Of a DNA stretch of 64,000 bases, positions 13,701 through 26,147 are shown in pieces. The translations under genes were made by a program, and so were the position numbers. Source of the DNA: Paramoeba atlantica. Taxonomy: Eukaryota; Protista; Discosea. Location: NCBI GenBank assembly GCA_977017575.1, contig CDRNVI010000169.1, positions 1-64,000 of the forward strand, read 5' to 3'. How positions within the stretch are numbered: position 1 is the stretch's first letter; each line of letters begins with the position of its first letter. Under the pieces are notes generated by a model, which saw only the letters and a program-made list of their open reading frames with translations, searched no databases and was not told where the DNA came from.

Positions 13701-15510
13701 AAAACACCCGACAACCAACCAGCGATAGTCAGGAAGACATGTTCTCTCTGTGTGTTGTTTTAATTGAAGAAGAGAAAAGGAGAAAGAAAGTGGGAGAGTT
13801 CTGAACTCACCTGTTTGTTGTTTTTTCCACAAATGCTTTTCAAATTGGTTGAAAGCGTCTCGAAAGCTTTTGATGCGTGATTAAAGCCTTCTACTGATGC
13901 CACTGACAAATTTAAATACCGGACTAGTTTTTTTTTTAGTTTCCAAAAAAAAATGAGCAAATCGAAAAAAGAACAAAAAGAATAGAGGGAAGAGAAGAAG
14001 AAGAAAGAGGAGAGAATAAAAACCAGAATTGAATAGATTCAACATCATATCAACATCTTTGAGGTTGGGGGGTTGAAGAGCTGTTTCAATAAAAGTTTGA
14101 AAAATGACTTGTCTTCTCCCATGTGCTGCCAATTTTCCTATTTGTTTTTGAATTGAATGAGAGATTATTCAAAGAGTGAAAGAAAAGAGGAGAAAAAACA
14201 GAGGAAACAGAAAAGAAGAATAGATTTACCAAGGACTTGTCCCCAAGTTGAACGAACTCTTCGATCAAGATCTTGATCTGTTGATGACTTGCTGCTTTTC
14301 TTGTGAGCAAATCAAAAAGAAACGAGCAGAAAAGAGAGAGAATGTAGAGAGCATAAAGGAAGAGGAGAGATGATCTTAAGGATGGGAGATAAAAAAAGAC
14401 CTGGGAGGGGGGGGAGTGATATTAAACTGAAAAGCAGATTCTTCAATAGGGCGAGTCACATCTAATTGGGCTAAAGAATCGTCCTTTAATCTCTCTTGAA
14501 AGAGGTACAGCAAGGATTCTGATGAGTATTTTTCAGTATCTCAACAATCCGAAATTATAACAAGAGAAAAATAGCAAGCACAACAATAGGCTCAAGGAAA
14601 TTATGAATCAATAAAAAGAAACCAGCTGTGATATAGTGAGCCACTAACATCCGACGAAGTTGCATGAGAGTCGAATCATCCTCGTGTTGTATTCCTGCTT
14701 TTTTCCCTTTGCTTCCCAATACCCTCAGAGCACAATACCCCTGTGTGAAAAAAAAAAAATCAAAAATTAAAACGCTAAAGGAAGAAGAAGAAGAGAGAGA
14801 AAAGAGAGGAGAGAAAGGCAGACCTGAATACCGTTGGTAACACCCCAATCCAAAATTGCTTTCGAAAATGAAGCAAGAACTTGAAAATGAACCGCAGCAC
14901 GAGTCAGAGTCTCCAAAATGGCAATAAACTCAGGAGGGGTGTGGGAAGTAACATGTCCAATGTGATCTAATGATTTGGTGGAGACATATTCGATTGCAGC
15001 TCCAGCTCTTTTTGAGTACTCCAGGCACAATTTTTTGAGAACAAAATCTTCTGGTGAGCTGTGTGATGTGATGTGATGTGTGTCGTAAGAAGGAAAGGAG
15101 AAGAAAGAGAGAGAAGTCAGAAAAGGGGGAGATGGAGGGAGAGGGGAAAAAAAAACCTAAAGTGGGAAGAAAAGTTTGGGACATTGTGAGGGTAAGACCA
15201 AGGAGAAGGCAGGATAGAAGCCCCATTGGGTTTTGCTGGGACAAAAGTTTTTCCAACTGCGTTGCCAGACAAGTACTCTTTTTGAGAGAAAGGAGGTTTA
15301 GACGAAAGGTGGGTGAAAGGAGAGGGTGAAAAAGAGAGGAAAAAAAAAAAGGAGAAAAAGGAAAATATGAGGACCAAAGACTTCATCTTCGTCTTCATCT
15401 TGGGATTCTTCATCTTGAGAAGCATCTGTCTCACGAGGAAAGAGAGCATCCCATTCTTCTTCCTCTCCAAGGACAACATCAGACTCATTATCGCTCTCAC
15501 TGGAGCTCAT
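2350..15510 (-). CDS. Furry/Tao3/Mor2-like HEAT-repeat scaffold, ~30 exons, with Pro/Gly/Arg-rich C-terminal tail
   Basis: Exon chain from MSSSESDNESD (15510) to the stop at 2350. LETLTRAAVHFQVLASFSKAILDW, LRRMLVAHYI, RCLALEGIFRVCV and DCLMMGILSFLKV align by eye with the FRY segments SIAEHCLPSILRTLFDW, RRDLAIDFI, RVALESLYRLLW and ERMNIGLRAFLVI. I checked several 3' splice junctions and they are in frame; not every junction was checked. Confidence 0.7.
5780..6078. repeat. (A5-7 T)n microsatellite, ~300 bp, intronic
   Basis: Directly visible tandem AAAAAAT units inside a Furry-like intron whose 3' end carries a CTAAC branch site and CAG. Confidence 0.95.
6828..6895. repeat. (AAAAACGAAT)n 10-bp tandem repeat, intronic
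   Basis: About 6 near-perfect copies visible. Confidence 0.85.
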
Positions 15511-15903
15511 CTTATTTTTTTTTTTTGAAAGTTTTCAAGAGGTTAAAAGAAACACAAAGAAAAGGAAATTTTAGTCAATTTCTTTTTGTGTTTGTGAAGA
15601 CAAGGAAAAAGATCCTTCTTGAAGGAATAATTCAAAGTGATTGCCTCCTTGGTCCCTGCTTGTCCCCAAAAAAACGTCCGCTTATGAAATGATTTTCCAC
15701 ACTAAAAAAAAATTTGTTTGCGGAGAAATGTTATTTTTCAAAACGGTGAAAAAAAAGGAATTTTTTCGGTTTGAGTGATTTTTTTTTAGGGAGCTAAAAT
15801 AGAAATTTTTTTGGGTTTTTTGTTCAAAAATCAAAGTTCATTTTTCAGGCGAGAGAAACAGAACTCTTCTTCTTCTGAGAGAAGAAGAAAAAGAGAAGAG
15901 GGG

Positions 15904-17381
15904 ATGGCTTCAGAAAAATTGGAGACAGGAAAGAGAATGTGGGCCTTCAACACCGCCACTTGGGATATGTCCCCTGAAGAATATGAGGTTGGGATTTTGT
16001 TTTTCTTCCAACCCCTTGTCATTTTTGTTTTTTCATTTTTGTTGTTGGGATAGTTAGGGCAATCTCTTGTTCTTCCTGAGGAAAAAGAGAGAATTAATCG
16101 GTTTATTTTTAAGAAAGATCGAAAATCTGCTTTAGCTGGAAGGTTTTTTTTTCTTTCTTGTTGTGAAATGACTTTCAATTCATCAATCTCAAAAATGATA
16201 TCAGATTGTTGATTCGAAGGTTGTTAAATGAGGTCATGGACATTCCTTACAAAGAGATTCCTCTTCAAAGGACAACAGAGAAGAAGCCTTGCTTGGATTT
16301 TTCAAAATTAAGTGAAGATCAACAATCTTTTTTTCCTTTTTTTAACTTCAATCTCTCACATCATGGTAAATTCTTTTCTCACTCTTTTAAACAAAACTTT
16401 TTTTCTTCTCTTTCCCCTCTTCTATTTTTTTTTCTCCCTCTTTATTAACTCCTTTCTCGCAACAGGAAATTGGGTGGTCTTGGTATCTGATCCTGAATAC
16501 TTGATTGGAGTTGATGTAATGCAAACTGAAATCAGTGGTCGGAACAAAGAGGTTCAGGTTAGTCTGAGAGAAAAAGAGTTTGTTTTTGAAAGGAGAGAGA
16601 GAAAAAATGAAAAAAAGAAAAGAAAATTTTTTTTTTGGAAAAACTGAGAAATCAATGTCAGCCATTTTTCCACACAATGAGAAATTGTTTTACGAAATAT
16701 GAATGGATGCAAATCTATCAAACCCATCATTATTCCCCTGAAGATTGGTCGAAGGTTTCTTTCTTTTTCACTTTTTCCTTCTGAATATTTTTTTTCTCAT
16801 TTCACAATGTGTCATAAAGGAAAAAATTAGTAAAACTGATGAGTTCCCAACCATTCCTTCATATGAAAGAGAGAACTTAACCTATTTTATGAAATTTTGG
16901 ACATTAAAAGAGTCATATATTAAAGGTGTTGGAATTGGTTTAGGGATGGAACTTCAGGATTTCTTTTTTCGTCAGAGAAGAGTTGGCCCTCCTCCGCTCT
17001 TGTTGAAGGATTTTGATGCTGATTTGAGTCATTCTGATGCAGAGGTTTGTGTTCACAAATAAGAAAGAGGAGAGGAAATGAGTGATGTATTTTTGAAAAA
17101 AAATAATTAAACAAGTTGGCCAATAGGTTTGTGTTCGTGGGACATGGTTAAGTGAATGGGTGTTCAAAGAAATGGCATTAGATGACGATCACATGATTGC
17201 CATTGGTTATGGCCCACCTCATGATTCTCTTCCTTCCTTTTCATCAACTGTACCTTCTATCTCTTTGGAAAAACGGCCAACTCCATCTCATCATTCTTTT
17301 TGTTTCAATTCGCTTGAAGAACAAAACACTGTGTTTACAAGACTCTCCTTTCAGGATTTGATCCCAAAAGATTTTTCTTGA
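15904..17381 (+). CDS. Sfp-type 4'-phosphopantetheinyl transferase (AASDHPPT/Lys5-like), multi-exon
   Basis: Motifs KDRKSALAGRLLIR, FNFNLSHHGNWV, IGVDVM, FTKYEW, FWTLKESYIKGVGIG. Introns are GT-AG. Confidence 0.92.
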
Positions 17382-17693
17382 AAAATTGAAGGAGTTTCAC
17401 TCGGCTTGAGAAATGGAAAATGTTTTTGACTCAAAAAGATGTTATCCAGCCAAACCACTTAGCCTTTTTCAAATTAGAAGTTGGTGGTGTGCCGAAATCC
17501 CAAGAACTTAAAATCAACTCCTCTTTGTGTGTCGAAACAAAAAAAAATGAAACACAAAATGAAAAACGAAAAAAAAAATGTTTCATTCCAGGAATCCTTG
17601 AAGCTGAATCTGACGGTTTTGTGTTTTTTTTTTTTGTTTTTTTTTGTCGAGTGGCATCATTCTTCTCCCCAAGAAATAGAAAGAAAAACAACA

Positions 17694-19335
17694 ATGGTCC
17701 GTTCTGGTTCGTTGAATTATCGTCCAAGGAAGAAAGCAATCGCAAAAAGTAAGGGGGCAGCGACTAAAGTTGAAAAAAAAATTTCTTCATCAAGCAAAAA
17801 AGATCTTTCTTCCTTCGTTGAAAGTGCGGAAGAAAATGTCAGAGTCACCCGCAGTTTAATCAGCGGAAAGAGGGAAGAAAGAGAGAGAATGGAGAGAAGG
17901 GAAAGAGAGGATAGAGAACAAAGAGAACAAAGGGAAAAAGAAGAAAAAGAAGAAAAAAAAGAAAAAAAACAACCAAAAAGAAAAAGGAAAGAAGACCAAG
18001 TAGAGGAAGAAGAAAGGGAAGAAGAAGAAGAAAAGGAGGAAGAAGAAGAAGAAAAGGAAGAAGAAGTCAAGGAAAAAATTTCATCAGGAAAAAAAAGAAC
18101 TCGTCAGGGAGTGAAAGCACAAGGTCTTGTCTTCAAAAAGAGAAAAAAAGGTCCTGTGGCTCCTCCCCCCTCTTCAAAATCAACACCAAAATCAACACCA
18201 AAATCAACACCAAAATCAACACCGAAATCAACACCGAAATCAACACCGAAATCAACACCAAAATCAACACCAAAATCTTCCTCTTCCTCTTCCTCCTCTT
18301 CTTCCTCTTCCTCCTCTTCTTCTTCTTCTTCCTCTTCCTCTTCTTCTTCTTCCTCATCAACTGCTCGACCATCGATCGAAAAATTGTTGAAAGGACAATC
18401 GGATCTGACCCAACAAAAATTTCGAGTCGTCTCGGAATCACTCCGCAGTTTCGTTGATGATTATGCAAAAGAGAAGAAGAAAGGAACCAATTCCAAGTCG
18501 CACTCATTAGTTGTATCTTACTTGAAGGAGTTTGTGGCTGGTTTTGAACTCGATTTTCTCATGTTTCAAATCAAAGAAGATCAATTGATAGCTCGCAGAA
18601 AAGCTTTCATTGCCAATGAACACAAGCGACTGGTCTTTATCCGAAGGAAGGAAATTGACCAAATTCGTGAAGCGACCAGCCGGTTTGATGTTTTTTCTCT
18701 TCTTTCCTCTTTGTCTTTGTCGTAGCCAGCCAGTTTTTGATCCTCCAATTTTTTGATTCTGAAAATCACCCGTTTTTTTTTTTACTTTAGGCTCTCGCAA
18801 CAAGTTGAAGACTGGGATGAATTGAGAGATTCACAAATGGAAGTGCTTGCCGAAATGAAGGGTTCTGATTCGGGTATCCAATGTTTTAATGACTACAGAT
18901 CGATTTTGAATCCCCAAGATTTCCGTTACATTGAATCAAATAAGTTGATTTCCTCCCAGCCCAAACCTCCAAGCACTTTCGATGTTATTCGTGGTGATTC
19001 TGAGAAATCAGATGCTGAAAAAGCTCTGGAATCGCTTCGTGTGAAGGTTTGATTTGGGAGACCTTTTTGTTTTCTTTCTTTTTTTCCTTTCATTTTTTCT
19101 TTCTTTCTTTTTTTCCTGACATTTTTTTTTTTTTTTCGTTTTTGTTTTTTGCTAAAAACCAATAACACAGATGAGAAAGTTGAACGGAGTTGTCAATGTT
19201 TTGCAAGCCTTTAATTTCCAAGCCACCACCCTTTGTTCTTCTGAGTCAGAAGCTCTCCATGACATCTCCTTTGCACCTTACAAAGGCATTGAGGATCCAA
19301 AGAAATTAGTGAAAGCTCTGGAAGTGAATGAGTGA
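17694..19335 (+). CDS. Acidic/Ser-rich protein with C-terminal coiled coil; possible kinetochore Dsn1/Mis13-like protein (3 exons)
   Basis: Long disordered N-terminus with (STPK)8 and poly-Ser. The C-terminal pattern IDQIREATSRLSQQVEDWDEL ... MRKLNGVVNVL ... DPKKLVKAL resembles Mis13/Dsn1. The family assignment is inference. Confidence 0.45.
18180..18275 (+). repeat. 12-bp coding repeat x8 (TCAACACCRAAA) encoding STPK
   Basis: Directly visible. Confidence 0.95.
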
Positions 19336-19660
19336 AAAGGAAGATCATCAAATTGAATCAAATTAATTTTTTGTTGAATAAAATGGTGTTTTATTTGTGA
19401 ATAATTTCAGGAAGAACCAATTTCATTTTTCAGTTGTCAGTTGTACCACAATTTTTTAAGAAGAAATTAGAGCCCTAAATTTAGAGTTCCGAGGTGAAGA
19501 AGCGTTTTCGACAAGCCCAGTCTGGTACGCTCTCTTCTTCCATCCCCGTCTCTCTCTCTTGCTCTTTTCTCTTCTTTTTATTCTTGAAGGGGAGAAAGTT
19601 TGTGAAGAACGAGGAATTATCTTTTTTGTTGAGAAGGCCCCAAAAATTGCAACAGAAAAG

Positions 19661-21889
19661 ATGAAGAGAAGGGTTCTGCAGTTGCTTTTTTTGTTCGCCA
19701 TCTTCAGTTTTGTTCGGACTGAAAATGATGACCCTTTGTATGATTTGATTGGTTGGAATCTTCACTCTATCTCTGGGTCTGAAGGTTCCTTTTTTTGTTT
19801 CTTTCAAGAAAAACACTCTTCTTTTTCTTTTTCAATTTTCTGTGATTTGGGTCATTTTTTTTTCTTTTCTTTTTTCTGGAAAATCAAATCTTTTTCTTTT
19901 CTTTTTTGTGGGGAGAGAACAGAAGAGAGAATGATTTTGGAACTTAAAAATAGGTCATTTGGAAGTTGAACCCGTTTGGGAGAGATTTACAGGGCGTGGA
20001 GTAACGATTGGGTATTCAGGGTCAATGCCTGATCTTCAACATAATGAACTGAGAGGAAAGCTTGATGAGAAGGTTCTCTCTTTCAAACCATGCCCACTTG
20101 CACTCTTCTCTCTTTCTCCTCCTCTCTTTCTCTCTTTCTCATGATGTAAAACAAATATATCGCTCAAGAGAAGATAAATCCTTTTTTTTTTTCTTAGATG
20201 AGTGTATTCAATGAGGATGAGACAGCGGAAGAATATCGAACAGAAATTATCAGTGTTGCAGTTGGAACAGCAGATAATCATGTTTGTTCTCGAGGTGTTG
20301 CCCCAGATGCAATGTTTGGAATTTTTGATTCTACTTATCAGGTGATTGTCAATTTTTTTTTGATTTATTTTTCTCTTTTTTCTTGCAAGTAAAGAGATTC
20401 AACACCTAACTATTTTTCAGAGTGCATATGGTCTAGCCTGGTTGAAGAAATATTTGCCAAAGCGAGCGAATGTTTATGTTGTTGATTATGGTGGCCCTGA
20501 TGATCCTATCAAACACACAAGATGTATTTTTTTCTTTTCTATTCTTTTTTTAGAGAAAAGAAATTCGAAAAACAAGATTGTGATTGTGAACTCTATTTTT
20601 TTTTTGCCAGGCGTTGAGTGTTGGGAGACAATCAAGCAACTTTCTGATTTGGGTTCTGTGGTTCTGACGATGTCAGGTCCTCCTTTTCTTCTCATTAGCA
20701 GAAAAAATCTTTTTCTTATTTAAGAACCATAGGAGAAGGAGGGATGCGTGATAATTGCAATTACGATAATTATGCAAACTCCCCTGATGCCATTACAGTG
20801 GGTTATCATTCAAAGGATAATCTCATTTCTTCAAAAGCTGAATTTTGTGCAAATACTGTACAGCTAATTTCCCTCCCATTCCTTTATTCCCTTTTTTAAA
20901 TACATTTTTCTTTTTCTAAGATGATTTTTGTTTTAGTTGGTCTCAGCACCTGGTGGGGATGAAGAAACGAGTACATTCCTTCCTTCTGCTTCGGCTGCTC
21001 CTAGCACTTGTGCTGTTGTTTCCGGCGCGAGATATGCCACATCAAGTGCTGGTTCGTTTTTTTTTTTGTTGAAATGTTTTTTTCTTCCTATTTGTTCTTT
21101 CCACCAGACACTGAACTTTGTTTTTTTTTCAAAAATAATCTTAAAAAGCTGGTGTGGTTGCTCTTATTCTTGAAGCTACACGATTTATGGCAACTCCTCG
21201 AGATATCGCGCATATTTTAGTTGAGTCAGCTTATCAACCTTCAAATTTAGAGTGGCAACGAAATGGAGGTGGTCGTCTTTATCATCCAACGGTTTTTTCT
21301 TTTTTCTCAGAATGATTCAATTGTTGTGGATTATTTTTGTTTTACAGGAATTCTTTTTGTTCTAACTTTTTTTTTAAAAAATCTCTTGGACAGGCTGGTT
21401 TTGGAATGATCAATGCTACAGCTGCTATTGAACTCCTTCCAAAATGGAGATTTGTTTGGGATAGTCAGGTAATATTCTTTTTCTTTTTCAGTTGTTATTT
21501 GTTCTTTCAACTTTTCTGTTCCTTCAAAGAATCTTTGTTCTCAAGCTCTTTCGTTTTAATTATTTCTGACTCAATAAATAGAAATTTGAAAGATTTATGA
21601 AAGAACCAACCGATTTGAATGATCTTTCTCGTGTTGTACTCACTTTTGATTTTCAAGAGAGAGGCACTGTCTGGGGTTTTGTTTTTTCTCATTTTCTCAA
21701 TTTTGTGAAATTTTGTTTTGGGTCAAAAATCTGACAGATGATTTGTTCCTTAATTAGTTGAAAGAATAACTGTAAATATTTCACTTGTTCATGACTCCCC
21801 CGCTGATTTATCTGTCTCTTTGTTCTCTCCTTATGGTACTGAAAGTGTCTTTGCTACTCCTCGTCGTGGCCAAGTTGTTGAAGACAGGG

Positions 21890-21921
<32 letters not shown>

Positions 21922-24174
21922 TTTTCCTACCCTCTCCTCATTCCTTTCTATCTTATCTTTTAATATCTTTTTTAAAATTAATAAATTGATGACAGATTTT
22001 GGTCTCGACTGAGTTTATTGCTCCTTTTAATGCCACTCCTGTCAATCAAAGTTCTTTTTCTCCTTTTCTTCTTTTTTGCTTTCTTCTAAAAAAACTAATA
22101 ATTGTTAATTGGGAAATAGATGCGCGTTTTGAGATAAACGAACCCAATATCTTGGTTCGATATTACACAAAAAAAGTTTCTTCGACTTGTTGTTTCTCTT
22201 ATGATTGTGATCTTACTCTTAGCCGAAAGAGGTTTTATTTTATCTCCTTTTTCTTTCTCTTCTCATTTTTAATTTATCTCATATTTTGTTTTCCTTCTCA
22301 ATTTTTCATCCTTTCAAAAACAATACCAGCCAAACTGGTAATGAGAAATTAGTGTTATTGTTGCCTTACACAAGTCAGTGCGAACCGTCTGACTTTCTAT
22401 TTAATGCAATTTTTAACACTGTTTATGCGAGACCCGATTATGTTTTTCTTGGTTACTCTTCTTTATTTCTTTTCTTTTTTTTTTTTTTTTGAGTTTTGTT
22501 GTTTGTTGTTTGAAGAAGGAAGGAGTAATATGCTGCTGGCAAAAAGAAAAAAACAATTGTGATGTAGTGGCCACTTTTGATTTTCTTTGTTAAAATAACG
22601 AAATTTAATACTTCAACAGAAACTCCAGATAATTTTGATCCGTACAAAGGTCAAAACTTTGATGTCATCAGTGGGAGTGTTCCTGTTTTTTCTGCAACTG
22701 GAACTCAATTTCAGTAATTATTTTTTTCTTCATCATTTTTCAGTCTTTTAGTTGTTTTTTTTTTTTTTTCGAATCTGATCGAAATCTAATCTACTCAACC
22801 AAACAGGCGACTAAGCGAATTCTCAAGTGTAGTGGATGAAATGTCATTTTATCCTCACTACCAGAAACCTCTCTTGGCTTTTGATATTTGGCAATTCTCA
22901 ACAACCCGCCATTGGGACGAAAACCTCCATGGTTACTCTTTCCCCTTTCTCTTTTATTTATATTCTTCTTCTTTGAAAGAAACTTTTATTAGAGAAATAA
23001 ATCTTCTTTTTCTCATGTTTTTTATTATTATTTGCAGGACAATGGCGATTGATAATCACAGATGAAATGGTTGGGGGTTCTGGATACATTGAATCTGCTG
23101 TGTTGACTGCTTCTGCCCATGAACCCCGTCTCCCATCTCCTTCTCCTTCTCCTTCTCCTTCTCCAACCCCGACCCCCACACCGACTCCCACACCATCCCC
23201 AACTCCCACTCCCACTCCAAGTCCCAGCCCATCCCCAACACCAACTCCAACACCGACTCCAACACCAACTCCAACCCCAGTCCCCTTTCCAACCCCAACA
23301 CCACCCCCAAGTCCGACACCAACTCCAACACCCACACCTACCCCTTCTCCATCTCCGACTCCGACACCCTTCCCAACTCCAACACCCTCCCCTACTCCAA
23401 CTCCAACTCCAACCCCTACCCCAACTTCAGTTCCATTCCCAACTCCCACACCAACCCCCACCCCTACTTCATCTCCAACACCAACACCAACCCCCACCCC
23501 AACTCCACCTCCAACTCCAACCCCAACTCCAACTCCAACACCAACTAACCCTCCTCGCAATTGTTGTCTCTTTCTCAATCAGGCAGATTATGTCACCCAA
23601 GAGTGTTTCAGTGCTGATTTTGAATGTGAAGATTTTCCAGTCCCTGGGTGGATATTCTTGCATCAATTCCTCCTCTATGATGAAGAGTGCCGCCATCTCT
23701 GTCACCCTCCAACTCCGTCACCAACCCCAAGTCCCTCTCCAACACCAACACCGACCCCAACTTCAACCCCAACCCCATCTCCCACCCCTCTTCCAGTTCC
23801 AACCCCAACCCCAACACCCACTCCCACTCCTTTGCCTCAAGAGTATTCTTGTTGTTGGTATATCAGTGAGAGTAGTTTCCAGTCGAAAGCGTGTCTTCAT
23901 ATGATCACGGATTGTGTTGACAATCTAGGTTTGTTATTATGATTGTTATTGTAATTGTGATTGTGATTGTGATTGTGCTGTTTGTTTTTTGAAAATAATC
24001 TCCCAAGAGGAGAGAAGATTGATGATTGATTTGGTTGATTTGCAAAATTGAGAAGAAAAAAAAAGAGAATTTGATTTTTGACTCATGATTTTTGTAGGTG
24101 GATTTTCTTTGGTTTCCGAATTCAAAACATACTATCCAAGTGAATGTGAGCAATTCTGCAACAAGAGCAGTTAG
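19661..24174 (+). CDS. Secreted kexin/furin-like (S8B) protein with substituted catalytic residues, split P-domain, (PT)n stalk and two 6-Cys modules
   Basis: Signal peptide [20 protein letters not shown] followed by [60 protein letters not shown], and P-domain segments [12 protein letters not shown] and [20 protein letters not shown]. Confidence 0.85.
23133..23832 (+). repeat. (Pro-Thr/Pro-Ser)n mucin/extensin-like coding repeats, two blocks separated by a Cys module
   Basis: CCA ACH-type hexamer repeats at ~23133-23545 and ~23703-23832. Confidence 0.95.
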
Positions 24175-24667
24175 CTCAAAAATTGAGATTTTGAAAAAAA
24201 TGAAGAATACGAAAAAGAGGAGATGCAACCATGTTCATAAAATTTTGATAATTTGAGAATTTCCTTTATCAATTTTTTTCTGATGAGAAGAATTTTTTTT
24301 TTTTTGAGATTTTTCTTTGTTTGACAAAACGTGTCACCTGTTTTTTGTTGAAAAGACTAAGGACATAGGGAGAGAGGTCTTTTTGTTTTTATGACGAAAA
24401 AATAATAAAATCATTTTCCGATTATTATCCTTTTTTACTAAAAGAACAAAAAGGTTTCTCAACGGTCTTGTTGGAGTGTCCCAATTTTTCTTTTTTGTTT
24501 TTTCTCTTTTCTTCTCTTTAGAAAAATTGGAAATCAGCTGACGAGCTCGCAGTTCTTCATCGAAAAAGAACATACCGATCTCTCGCTTCCTTCTCTCTTC
24601 TCTAATCCATTCAAACAACCTTTTTTTTGTTGCGAGTTTTTCTCTACGATTTTGACCGAATAACAAG

Positions 24668-26014
24668 ATGCGTGAAATTATCTCTCTTCATATTGGACAA
24701 GCTGGTGTCCAACTCGGTGACTCTTGTTGGGAGTTGTTTTGTCTTGAACATGGAATCAATCCAGATGGATCTGTGACCAAAAAGAAGGCTTCAAACTCGT
24801 TCACTACATTTTTCAATGAAGTTGGATCTGGAAAGTATGTTCCTCGTTCGGTTTTTGTCGATTTGGAACCTTCTGTGATTGACGAGATCAGGACTGGTCC
24901 TTATCGCAAGTTGTTTCATCCTGACCAATTGATTTCTGGAAAGGAAGATGCTGCCAACAATTACGCTCGTGGACACTACACTGTCGGAAAGGAACTTGTT
25001 GACAAAACATTTGATCGAGTGCGAAAAGTTGTTGAACAATGTCAAAACTTGCAAGGTTTTATGGTGTTCCATTCAGTTGGTGGTGGAACTGGATCTGGTT
25101 TTGGTTCTCTTCTTTTAGAACGACTTTCTCTTGAATACTCAAAGAAGACAAAGCTTGATTTCTGTATTTACCCTTCTCCTGAAATGGCAACAAGTGTTGT
25201 TGAACCATACAACAGTGTTTTGGCCACCCACGCTCTCTTGGAACACACAGATGTTGCGTTTGTGCTTGATAATGAGGCAGTTTATGATATTTGTCGCCAA
25301 TCTCTCAAAGTTCAAAAACCTACTTATCAAAACTTGAATCGATTGATTGCTCAAGTGATTTCTTCAGTGACTGCTTCTCTCCGTTTTGAGGGGGTGTTGA
25401 ATGTGGATATCAATGAGTTTCAAGTGAACTTGGTTCCTTATCCTCGTATTCATTTCTTGATGTGTTCTTATGCTCCAATTCATGCCGCTGAACAAGCTTA
25501 TCACGAAGCATATGCCGTCTCTGATTTGACTTCTGCGTTGTTTGAACCTGCAAACATGTTTGCTCGTTGTGAACCTCGAAAGGGAAAATATATGGCTGTT
25601 TGCATTATGTATCGTGGTGATGTTGTTCCAAAGGATGTCACCAGTTCGATTCAAGCCATGAAAACGAAACGTGATATCCACTTTGTTGATTGGTGTCCCA
25701 CTGGATTCAAGAGTGGTATCAATGGACAGGCTCCTATTTCTGTTCCTGGAGGAGATTTGGCTCCAGTTCCTCGTGCTGCAGTGATGTTGTCCAATACAAC
25801 AGCTGTTGGTGATCTTTTCCGTCGTATGGACGAAAAGTTTGATATGATGTATGCGAAGCGAGCTTTTGTTCATTGGTATGTTGGAGAAGGAATGGAAGAG
25901 GGAGAGTTTGCTGAAGCTCGTGAGGATCTCCTTGCTTTGGAAAAGGACTATGAAGAAGTTGGAGCGGACACTGATGTTTCTGTTGCTGATGCGTCTGCTG
26001 TTGATGAGTTTTAA
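24668..26014 (+). CDS. TUBA: Alpha-tubulin (divergent), intronless
   Basis: [22 protein letters not shown] signature, [16 protein letters not shown]. 448 aa. Confidence 0.99.
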   Translation: MREIISLHIGQAGVQLGDSCWELFCLEHGINPDGSVTKKKASNSFTTFFNEVGSGKYVPRSVFVDLEPSVIDEIRTGPYRKLFHPDQLISGKEDAANNYARGHYTVGKELVDKTFDRVRKVVEQCQNLQGFMVFHSVGGGTGSGFGSLLLERLSLEYSKKTKLDFCIYPSPEMATSVVEPYNSVLATHALLEHTDVAFVLDNEAVYDICRQSLKVQKPTYQNLNRLIAQVISSVTASLRFEGVLNVDINEFQVNLVPYPRIHFLMCSYAPIHAAEQAYHEAYAVSDLTSALFEPANMFARCEPRKGKYMAVCIMYRGDVVPKDVTSSIQAMKTKRDIHFVDWCPTGFKSGINGQAPISVPGGDLAPVPRAAVMLSNTTAVGDLFRRMDEKFDMMYAKRAFVHWYVGEGMEEGEFAEAREDLLALEKDYEEVGADTDVSVADASAVDEF

Positions 26015-26147
26015 GCACTTTTTTTTGTTTGTCTGTGATTGACTCTCTTGGTTGAAAAAGAATAAATTTTCATCAAAAAAAAAGGAACTTTCCTTTTATC
26101 AGTATGTTTTCGAGTTTGCATCATTTGGCTTCTTGCAAAGATACAAC

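Noticed and set aside
18180-18275. CRISPR-like array (also considered for 26410-26480 and 46648-46818)
   Set aside because: These are spacer-less tandem coding repeats in a eukaryotic genome, with no cas genes.
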